Virus record (IMG/VR): IMGVR_UViG_3300012665_000858
Source of the DNA: an uncultured virus (IMG/VR IMGVR_UViG_3300012665_000858)
Lineage: Duplodnaviria > Heunggongvirae > Uroviricota > Caudoviricetes
Reading direction: 5' to 3' (one strand)
DNA: 64,000 nt
How positions within the stretch are numbered: position 1 is the first letter of the stretch; every line of letters begins with the position of its first letter. The notes beneath the pieces were generated by a model, which saw only the letters and a program-made list of their open reading frames with translations, was not told where the DNA came from and made no database searches. The translations under genes and the position numbers were made by a program. Below are positions 56,506 to 64,000 of this stretch, piece after piece.

Positions 56506-57365
56506 AAAAAATTCGAAGAGTCCAGTCCTATAGGAGTTTCAAACTCTGCTGGCGCACCTTGAGCTTGTTCTTCTTGGGTCGTTTGAATTTTAAATGATGG
56601 CATTTGGAACTTAATGCGTTGTTTTTCCAAGTGATCGATGATTTTGCTGTAAAACTCTTTGTCAGCATTATCTATAAACTCCTTGATGAACTCTGCATTA
56701 TTAACTTCTCCATCAGGAGTAACAACTTTCACCAAGCCGTTGGCCACGGACCGCATAGTAATTTCAGTTAACGCCTTGAAACTTTTATTAAACTGTGCAA
56801 TTTTTTGTTCTTCTGTGATTTCTTGATTGTTAACAATGCTAAAAATTCGTTGTTCTTCCAAACTTTTTAAAGAACTTTGTGTGAATTCTTCATAGGTTAA
56901 CGGACGTAAGAATGCAGTTAACTCGTCATTAATTTTTACTTCTGGGTCAAATGTTGCTTCTAGTAACTTATCCAGTGCAAATCGTAAATCGGTAGTGTAT
57001 GTTTTTGTCTCAGGTATATTAGGAATAGCAATATCTAACTCTATTTGCTCACCGTATGTTGCTATACGAATAGCAATTAGTATAGCGTCTACATCGATAC
57101 TAGGAATTACCCACGCATTTTTAATATTAGGCATACAACTTTGAATAACATCCACGGTGCTCTGACCATTTAACAATGCGTCAGGAGTTTTAATAGAAAT
57201 TTCATCTCTGGCAGTCATTGCATATACTGGAAACTCCATATTCTGTGTAGGCTCTAATGCACCTGGTGGATAAAAGTTTCCAGAACTAGGCAACCGAACA
57301 TATAGTTTTGGCTGTCTAAAGTACTTCTTTAACGGGTTTTGAGGTACTGCTACTTGATTTTCCAT
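56499..57365 (-). CDS. Baseplate hub assembly protein (T4 gp26-like)
   Basis: NPLKKYFRQPKLY..LPS.G, MTARDE, LLNG, DVDAILIAIRIATYG, RPLTY; ends NFFV. Confidence 0.75.
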   Translation of the reverse strand: MENQVAVPQNPLKKYFRQPKLYVRLPSSGNFYPPGALEPTQNMEFPVYAMTARDEISIKTPDALLNGQSTVDVIQSCMPNIKNAWVIPSIDVDAILIAIRIATYGEQIELDIAIPNIPETKTYTTDLRFALDKLLEATFDPEVKINDELTAFLRPLTYEEFTQSSLKSLEEQRIFSIVNNQEITEEQKIAQFNKSFKALTEITMRSVANGLVKVVTPDGEVNNAEFIKEFIDNADKEFYSKIIDHLEKQRIKFQMPSFKIQTTQEEQAQGAPAEFETPIGLDSSNFFV

Positions 57366-57382
57366 GCGATTTTAACTCCAAC

Positions 57383-57415
57383 TAAATAGTATACTGCTAT
57401 ATCATTATATTTATA
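57383..57415. promoter_or_regulatory. Face-to-face late promoters
   Basis: TAAATA on + at 57383-57388; TATAAATA on - at 57408-57415. Confidence 0.65.
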
Positions 57416-57440
57416 TGCGCAGTTTTTGATGGAAAAATAA

Positions 57441-59813
57441 ATGTCAGTAAAAGCCATGGTCCCCGGAGTGGGGACAATCATTGTAGAAAACGCTGCCGAA
57501 GATTCAACTCTTAGACAGATACTCGCGGCAATAAACAAAAGCGGAATACCCGCCGGAGGTAAGCCGGGTGCGGCTGCTGATGCTAGTGCGGCCAGCAGTG
57601 CTAAGGAACAAAATGATCAGCAAATGAAACGTGGCACGGCGAGAGAAGAAGAACTTAAAGCCCGAATGAAGATTGCTGGAGATTCTGTTTCCCTTGGCGC
57701 AGATATGTTTGCTAGAACTTTTTCGAATACTACACCCGCAATCAAAGATGGGCTAGGAGTTCTAGCGCAGATGCCTGGCGCAAATATCGCTGGTGTCAGT
57801 GATGTAATTCTGCAATTTGGCGGTACAGTAGCAGATCAAGTAGAAATATTTAGAACATTATCCAGTGTTGGTATCGACTTAGGTGATTCTTTACTACAAG
57901 CACAGTTATCAGCAGGTGAAGCAAGACTGCCATTGGAAATTTTTGGGAGAACTGTCAAAGATAATTCGCAAATGTTGTCCATGGCATTTGGTGGAGCAAC
58001 CGCTGGAGCAACTAAATTTGCTGAAACACAAGGTAAATTTATGGCACGTAGTGGCCAAACATTTGCAAAATTAGGTTTTAGCATGGATGAACTAGCAGGA
58101 TATAATGCTAGTTACATGGAACAGCAACAACGTGCAGGTCGTTTGTCCAGCATGAGCACAGATGAAATAGTTGCTGGCCAAGAACGATATAATATGGAAT
58201 TAGATAAACTATCTAAGGCCACCGGGTTATCTAGACAACAATTAGACGAAGCCAACAAAGCAACACAACGTGATGCTAAAATGAAATTGGCATTAGGCAA
58301 GTTAGATACTGATCAACAAGCGGCTGTAAATGCCAAGATTAAACAATTAGAACAACTAGATCCTACGGGTAAAATGGCCGCAGGCTTTAAAGATATTATT
58401 GCAGGCGGTGGTGTTGCTGTAACAGCAGAAGCAAGACAATTTGCACTAACAATGCAAAGCGCAGGTGTAGATGCCAGCAAAATGGGTCGAGATATCTTTA
58501 ATGGAAGTAAAACCGCCATCCAAGATATGAATTCAGGATTTGGACAAGCAGCCAAGGCCAGTCAGCAGATTACAGAAGGTGAACGCCGAACAGCAGCCGC
58601 TATGGGTGCCATGGGCCAGTATACTCCAATGCTGGGCAAAGCAGTGCTTCAAGGCATGGGCGATGTGGAGAAAGCGGCCAAAGCCGCAGAAGAAGAACAA
58701 AAGAAAAAGATAGGTTCGACAGATCCAACAAGAGCAGTTGCTGGATTAGACCAAACATTAACTAACGTACAAAATTCATTTAAGAAATCATTTATTGAAA
58801 GTGGTGTTTTAGATTTAACAGCAAAAGGATTACAAACAGCCGCCACCGGTGCCGAAGCGGCCGCTAAGAAGTTTTCTGAACTTGACCCAGCCGCGAGAGT
58901 GCCAGTATTATTTGGTGCTGCCTTAGGTAAAACGATTGTAGAAGAAATGATCAAAGCAGGACTTGGTTCTGCTATTGGTGCAGCCGGCGCCAAGGCCGCA
59001 GGCATAGATCCAAAACGATATGAAGAATTGAAAAAAGGCGGAGGAGAACTAAAGGGAGCGGAAACTAAAACTCCTACAGGTGAACCAGTTAAACCTGGAT
59101 CGGCCGCCGGAGCCGCAGATGACGTGGCAAAAGCAAGTAAAATGGAAAAACTTATGTCTACGTTAAAGAATCCGTATGCGTGGGCCATTGCAACAACAGC
59201 AGGTTTAATCATTTACAGAGACGAAGTTATGGATTTCATAACTCCAGAATTTTTAAAGTCCAGCACACTTAAAAATGCCGCAGATGCACAAGCAGAAAAA
59301 AGTAATAACACAGTTCCGGGCGCAGAAATTCCAAAAGCAAATACAAATGCACCTAAAGGTCCTGAAACTCCAGGTGCTGATCCCGTGGGTAATATGAATC
59401 AAAGAGTCAACGACCTAAAAGCATCGTTACAGAATATAGACTATTCAAAATTAATGTTCCCAGATGCAGTCGGTGCAAGTATTGACGCCGGCAGTTTAAA
59501 GTTAAAAAACTTAACAGAATCGATCAATGTAACGACTTCATCTTTCAAAGATTTGAATAACGTGAGTTTGGAAAAACTCAACGACAGCATAACAAAATTA
59601 AGCGATGCCATGAACAAACCAGCCGCTACTACTGGCGCTGAAAAAACTAAAGTTGGTGCTAAGAGCTCTGAAGAACTCTTGACAGAGATGGTATCCAAGT
59701 TAGATCAGTTAAATATGAGTATGGCCGTTGTGGCAGACGGACAGTCCAGTGCCGTAGATTATTTGAGCAAGACAGCCAAATACACTAGACAAACTTCAAA
59801 TAATAGTGCATAA
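57441..59813 (+). CDS. Tape measure-like protein
   Basis: 790 aa, Ala/Gly/Gln-rich and helical; next to the gp26-like gene, upstream of portal. Confidence 0.7.
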   Translation: MSVKAMVPGVGTIIVENAAEDSTLRQILAAINKSGIPAGGKPGAAADASAASSAKEQNDQQMKRGTAREEELKARMKIAGDSVSLGADMFARTFSNTTPAIKDGLGVLAQMPGANIAGVSDVILQFGGTVADQVEIFRTLSSVGIDLGDSLLQAQLSAGEARLPLEIFGRTVKDNSQMLSMAFGGATAGATKFAETQGKFMARSGQTFAKLGFSMDELAGYNASYMEQQQRAGRLSSMSTDEIVAGQERYNMELDKLSKATGLSRQQLDEANKATQRDAKMKLALGKLDTDQQAAVNAKIKQLEQLDPTGKMAAGFKDIIAGGGVAVTAEARQFALTMQSAGVDASKMGRDIFNGSKTAIQDMNSGFGQAAKASQQITEGERRTAAAMGAMGQYTPMLGKAVLQGMGDVEKAAKAAEEEQKKKIGSTDPTRAVAGLDQTLTNVQNSFKKSFIESGVLDLTAKGLQTAATGAEAAAKKFSELDPAARVPVLFGAALGKTIVEEMIKAGLGSAIGAAGAKAAGIDPKRYEELKKGGGELKGAETKTPTGEPVKPGSAAGAADDVAKASKMEKLMSTLKNPYAWAIATTAGLIIYRDEVMDFITPEFLKSSTLKNAADAQAEKSNNTVPGAEIPKANTNAPKGPETPGADPVGNMNQRVNDLKASLQNIDYSKLMFPDAVGASIDAGSLKLKNLTESINVTTSSFKDLNNVSLEKLNDSITKLSDAMNKPAATTGAEKTKVGAKSSEELLTEMVSKLDQLNMSMAVVADGQSSAVDYLSKTAKYTRQTSNNSA

Positions 59814-59825
59814 TAGGAATTAATA

Positions 59826-61517
59826 ATGAGTTGGAAAAGACATTTCTCTCCAGTAACAACAGGCAACGTTAGCCCAATATCCGGTGCAGGCGGAAAAGCG
59901 GGCCCAGCTCGCTCCAACTACAGTTCTTATCTTCCTGATGTTTATACTGGCAGTCCGAATCGTGTTGAACGCTATATGCAGTACGACACTATGGATTGGG
60001 ACAGTGAAGTAAATGCCGCACTGGACATCTTAGCAGAGTTTTGCACACAGAAAAATAAAGAAAACGGCACACCGTTTACACTACAATTCAGAAATCGTGC
60101 TACAAATTCTGAAATTAAAATCTTAAAAGAGTATCTACAGCAGTGGACCAAGTTACAAAAACTTGACACACGTATGTTCCGTATTGCACGTAACTTATTC
60201 AAGTACGGCGACGGATTCTTTGTCCGCGATCCAGAAACACAGAAGTGGTTCTATGTTGATCCAGGCAAAGTTGTTAAAATTATTGTCAACGAAAGCGAAG
60301 GCAAGCAACCAGAGCAGTATGTTGTTCGCGACTTAAACATTAATTTGCAGGACTTGGTTGTAACACAGATTAATCCTAACTCATCAAATCAACAGCCTGG
60401 CGGAGCCGCATATACTCAAGGCGGTAGTGGTGCTCGAGGCATGACAGGATCATATCCTCAGCAGTCAGGTACACGTTTTAACAAGAGTCAAAACGAATTT
60501 GCCATTGATGCCAAGCACGTAGTTCATTTAAGTTTAAGTGAAGGCTTGGATAACAATTATCCTTTTGGTAATAGTCTATTAGAATCTGTTTTTAAAGTTT
60601 ACAAACAGAAAGAATTACTAGAAGATGCTATCATTATCTATCGTATACAACGTGCTCCAGAGCGTAGAATTTTCTACATTGACGTGGGTAACATGCCGAG
60701 CCACTTGGCTATGAGCTTTGTTGAAAGAGTTAAAAATGAGATTCACCAAAGACGTATTCCTAGTAGCACAGGTGGCGGCAGTGCTATTGATAGCAGTTAC
60801 AATCCGTTAAGCATTAACGAAGATTACTTCTTCCCGCAGACAGCAGAAGGACGTGGATCTAAAGTAGAAACATTGCCAGGCGGTACTAACTTGGGCGAGA
60901 TCGATGACTTAAAGTACTTTACTAATAAGTTAATGCGAGCTCTGCGTATTCCAAGTAGTTACTTGCCTACAGGTGCAGATGACAGTCAAGCATCATTTAA
61001 CGATGGGCGTGTGGGCACAGCATACATTCAAGAATTGCGTTTTAACAAATACTGTGAACGATTACAGAACTTAATGGTTTCAACATTTGATACAGAATTT
61101 AAACTGTTCTTGTATAACAAAGGTGTAAACATTGACTTCAGTTTGTTCGATATACGATTCCAAAGTCCACAAAACTTTGCCGCTTATCGTCAAGCAGAGC
61201 TAGATAACCAACGTATCAGTACATTTGCACAAGTTGTAGCACTGCCATTTATGAGCAAGCGTTTTAGTTTAAAACGTTTCTTAGGTATGACAGACGAAGA
61301 CTTGGCAGAAAACGAAAAAATGTGGAAAGAAGAAAGCGGTATGGCCAAGTCAACAATGGATGCCGCTGGCGAATTACGTACCGCAGGTGTAAGTCCAACT
61401 GGTATTGCCGCAGATGCAGGAGCGATGTCAGGAGAAGCACCAGCGCCTGAAGGTATGACTCCTGAAGCAGGAGCAGAAGGTGCTCCAGAAGCCGCACCGG
61501 CAGCACCTCCAGCATAA
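59826..61517 (+). CDS. Portal protein (T4 gp20-like)
   Basis: LLEDAIIIYRIQRAPERRIFYIDVGNMP, EDYFFP, TLPGG.NLGEIDD.KYF, ELRF.K. Confidence 0.95.
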   Translation: MSWKRHFSPVTTGNVSPISGAGGKAGPARSNYSSYLPDVYTGSPNRVERYMQYDTMDWDSEVNAALDILAEFCTQKNKENGTPFTLQFRNRATNSEIKILKEYLQQWTKLQKLDTRMFRIARNLFKYGDGFFVRDPETQKWFYVDPGKVVKIIVNESEGKQPEQYVVRDLNINLQDLVVTQINPNSSNQQPGGAAYTQGGSGARGMTGSYPQQSGTRFNKSQNEFAIDAKHVVHLSLSEGLDNNYPFGNSLLESVFKVYKQKELLEDAIIIYRIQRAPERRIFYIDVGNMPSHLAMSFVERVKNEIHQRRIPSSTGGGSAIDSSYNPLSINEDYFFPQTAEGRGSKVETLPGGTNLGEIDDLKYFTNKLMRALRIPSSYLPTGADDSQASFNDGRVGTAYIQELRFNKYCERLQNLMVSTFDTEFKLFLYNKGVNIDFSLFDIRFQSPQNFAAYRQAELDNQRISTFAQVVALPFMSKRFSLKRFLGMTDEDLAENEKMWKEESGMAKSTMDAAGELRTAGVSPTGIAADAGAMSGEAPAPEGMTPEAGAEGAPEAAPAAPPA

Positions 61518-61525
61518 ATAATAGT

Positions 61526-61765
61526 ATGATCCTACGCGAACTATTTTATTTTAATCGTGAAACTGCCGACTTCGAGCAGGACGACAAGTATATGGCAGAC
61601 AGAGATACTGATGTCCTTAACGGTCTCGACGATACACGCAAAACTCGTTTGACGCTTGGTCAAATTAACGAGTTACGTAGAGCATCTGACCAACACGTCA
61701 AAGAAACTGAACTAGAGCTAGAGTTTATTGCTCGAATGTACGCGGCACCTCCACCGGCCGCTTGA
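61526..61765 (+). CDS. Hypothetical head-module protein
   Basis: TAAATA at 61515-61520 upstream; MILRELF, DTRKTRLTL. Confidence 0.65.
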   Translation: MILRELFYFNRETADFEQDDKYMADRDTDVLNGLDDTRKTRLTLGQINELRRASDQHVKETELELEFIARMYAAPPPAA

Positions 61766-61776
61766 TAAATTAATAC

Positions 61777-62352
61777 ATGAATCACGCCTTTGTGTTAGGC
61801 AATGGTCGTAGCCGTATGGCCATTGAACCTAACAGACTAAAAGCCCTCGGCAAATTATACGGCTGTAACGCACTGTACAGAGACTGTGACCCAGATTATC
61901 TAATAGCAGTAGATGCTAAAATGGTATTGGAAATCACAGATAAAGCAGTACATCGACGTATCCCAGTATGGACAAACGTCAATACAAAACTTAAAAATAT
62001 CTACGATTTAAACTTCTTTAATCCAAGTAAAGGATGGAGTAGCGGCCCTACAGCACTATGGATGGCTAGTACACATGGATATGACACTATCTATATTCTA
62101 GGGTTTGACTATAAAGGAATCAACGACAAACTGAATAATGTTTATTCAGATACTCCTAACTATAGAAGAAGCACAGAGCCTGCTACGTTTCATGGAAACT
62201 GGCTACGACAAACCGAATCTGTCATCAAAGAATTTCCTAACACTAAATACATTAGAATTACTGAACCTGGAGCATTAGAGTTCGGGTGGCAGAAATACAA
62301 GAATTATAGTACAATGACGTATGAGGAATTTAAGTCTGTGATCTTTTACTAA
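61777..62352 (+). CDS. Hypothetical protein, CstII/MAF(DUF115)-like Rossmann-type transferase fold
   Basis: VLGNGRS, GCNALYRD, DYLIAVD, SSGPTA, IYILGFD. Confidence 0.55.
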   Translation: MNHAFVLGNGRSRMAIEPNRLKALGKLYGCNALYRDCDPDYLIAVDAKMVLEITDKAVHRRIPVWTNVNTKLKNIYDLNFFNPSKGWSSGPTALWMASTHGYDTIYILGFDYKGINDKLNNVYSDTPNYRRSTEPATFHGNWLRQTESVIKEFPNTKYIRITEPGALEFGWQKYKNYSTMTYEEFKSVIFY

Positions 62353-62366
62353 AATTTCGTATTTTG

Positions 62367-62390
62367 AACCGGTTTGCACCGGTTTTTTTA
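62367..62390 (+). terminator. Intrinsic terminator
   Basis: AACCGGT-ttgc-ACCGGTT followed by a T run. Confidence 0.75.
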
Positions 62391-62457
62391 TGTACATAGT
62401 AAATACATCGACAGCCTTGCGGGTGAATAACCCCATCACAAAACATAGGAGACATAT

Positions 62458-63246
62458 ATGACTGATCGCGCAAAGTTCGAGCAGATGCTTGAATATCTAA
62501 TTAATGAAGACAAATCAAAAGCCGAAGAATTGTTCCACGAACTAGTGGTTGCAAAATCTCGCGAAATTTACGAAAACTTGTTGGACGATGACTTACAATT
62601 CGACCAACCAGCAGAAGAAGCATTTGGCCTAGAAGCCGCAGATGAGCCAGCAGATGACTTGCTAGGCGATATCGAAGCCGATGACGAAGAGTCAATGGAC
62701 GGCATGGACGATATGGAAGGTGGCGATGAAGAGCCAGCAACTGTAGGCGACTTAGACCTAATGAAACAAGACATCATCGATGCACTAACCGCAGAATTTG
62801 AACAAATGATGGGTGGTGATAAGGGTGAAGAAGGTGGAGATGAATTCCCAGCAGGTGGATCAGAAGAAGGTCCAGAAGCACCTGAAGGCGAAGAAGAAGG
62901 CGAAGAAGAAGAAACTAAAGAAGACTTCGTTATGGAATATGTAGAAAAAGTGAGTGCTCCTAAAGGCGGCGACAACGGTGCAAACACTACGTCCACAGTA
63001 GCCAAGCCAAACAACATGGGTGGCACAACTGCTAACATCGCTAAAGGCGGCGAAAGCAACAAGGGCGGAACACAAGGCGGATTGGCAAATCCAGCCACAA
63101 AGGATTTGAATTCTGGTAATGTAAACACACCAGGTTCAAAATCTGCAACAAAACTAAGTAGCGTAGCGAAAGGTCACGGAGCAGAGAAGAAAGGCGCAGG
63201 CGAAAGCGGTGCCGCTACTAAAAGCATTATTGGTAGCAAAGGTTAA
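62458..63246 (+). CDS. Acidic prohead core / internal head protein
   Basis: Very D/E-rich, then G/K-rich; between portal and protease; TAAATA 62400-62405 and AGGAG RBS. Confidence 0.65.
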   Translation: MTDRAKFEQMLEYLINEDKSKAEELFHELVVAKSREIYENLLDDDLQFDQPAEEAFGLEAADEPADDLLGDIEADDEESMDGMDDMEGGDEEPATVGDLDLMKQDIIDALTAEFEQMMGGDKGEEGGDEFPAGGSEEGPEAPEGEEEGEEEETKEDFVMEYVEKVSAPKGGDNGANTTSTVAKPNNMGGTTANIAKGGESNKGGTQGGLANPATKDLNSGNVNTPGSKSATKLSSVAKGHGAEKKGAGESGAATKSIIGSKG

Positions 63247-63261
63247 TTAGGAACCGACTAG

Positions 63262-63894
63262 ATGAGTAATTTCTACTTACGCGAGAACCTAACATTCGAT
63301 CAAGCCCGTATGGTTGTGGAATCTGATGGCGCCGATGGAAAAAACATGTACCTTAAAGGTATTTGTATCCAAGGCGGCATCAAAAACGCAAATCAGCGTG
63401 TGTATCCTGTGAGCGAAATCGGCAGGGCTGTCAAAACACTAAACGACCAGATTACTGGTGGATATTCAGTTTTAGGCGAAGTAGATCATCCAGACGACTT
63501 AAAAATTAATCTAGATCGTGTAAGCCATATGATCACAGAAATGTGGATGGATGGTCCAAACGGTTACGGGAAGATGAAAGTTCTTCCAACACCAATGGGT
63601 AACTTAGTTCGCACTATGTTAGAAAGCGGTGTTAAGTTAGGAGTTTCAAGTCGCGGATCCGGAAACGTCAAAGAAGACGGATCCGGTGAAGTGAGCGATT
63701 TTGAGATTATTACAGTTGATGTAGTAGCTCAACCGTCAGCCCCGGGTGCGTATCCAACGCCCATTTATGAGCATCTCATGAATACTAAGGGCGGATACAA
63801 GGCATTTTTAACAGCACAAGAAGTTCAAGGCGACGCAAAGGCACAGAAATACCTAAAAGAAAGCCTATTAAAAATAATAGGCGGACTCCAATAA
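63262..63894 (+). CDS. Prohead protease (T4 gp21-like)
   Basis: NANQRVYP, LGEVDHP, VSHMI, TPMG, LGVSSRGSG, DVVAQPSAPGA. Confidence 0.95.
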   Translation: MSNFYLRENLTFDQARMVVESDGADGKNMYLKGICIQGGIKNANQRVYPVSEIGRAVKTLNDQITGGYSVLGEVDHPDDLKINLDRVSHMITEMWMDGPNGYGKMKVLPTPMGNLVRTMLESGVKLGVSSRGSGNVKEDGSGEVSDFEIITVDVVAQPSAPGAYPTPIYEHLMNTKGGYKAFLTAQEVQGDAKAQKYLKESLLKIIGGLQ

Positions 63895-63909
63895 CAAGGG
63901 AGAATCACA

Positions 63910-64000
63910 ATGTTGGATGCACTTAAATCATTATTTGAAAACAACGTGATTTCCGAAGAAATCAGGGCAGACATCGAGTCTGCTTGGACTGCCAGAATCG
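63910..64000 (+). CDS. Prohead scaffolding protein (T4 gp22-like), truncated by window end
   Basis: GGGAG RBS then MLDALKSLFENNVISEEIRADIESAWTARI; canonical position after gp21. Confidence 0.7.
   Translation, partial: MLDALKSLFENNVISEEIRADIESAWTARI

Noticed and set aside
62420..62436. Small GGGT-gaata-ACCC hairpin in the leader of the prohead core gene as a regulatory RNA
   Set aside because: Only a 4-bp stem, too weak to support without comparative data
1..64000. CRISPR array or tRNA genes
   Set aside because: No regularly spaced direct repeats or cloverleaf with T-loop consensus seen; intergenic gaps other than 55820-56274 are only about 100 nt or less
1..64000. Stop-codon reassignment as in some large phages
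   Set aside because: Standard code gives full-length conserved genes, including a 14-kb ORF, and dense coding

Overview
This 64-kb window is part of a large T4-superfamily-like (myovirus) phage genome read in the standard genetic code. From left to right: (1) 1-21559 (+) carries replication and nucleotide metabolism: family B DNA polymerase C-terminus, probable sliding clamp, a 7-deazaguanine DNA-modification cluster (DpdA/TGT-like, QueD-paralogue, FolE, QueE) interleaved with two dehydrogenases, a glycosyltransferase, a cupin, a PRTase and a HIT protein, then RNase H, a MoxR ATPase/VWA-peptidase pair, DHFR and ThyA. (2) 21556-51411 (-) is the tail-fibre/baseplate module, including a 4695-aa giant protein and gp6-, gp25-, gp5- and gp53-like genes. 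(3) 51493-55819 (+) encodes gp55 late sigma, gp47, gp46 and a small GIY-YIG nuclease. (4) A ~450-bp ORF-free gap folds by eye into a ~340-nt end-closed, G-U-rich, pseudoknotted + strand RNA, followed by an AT-rich tract flanked by DNA-type GNA-triloop hairpins; this is the most unusual element here. (5) A gp26-like gene appears to be extended by a -1 frameshift at T TTT TTC. (6) Tape measure, portal, prohead core, protease and the start of the scaffold gene follow. Near-consensus sigma70 promoters precede early genes and TAAATA boxes precede late genes. All calls come from motif reading and manual base-pairing; no database searches or folding programs were run.
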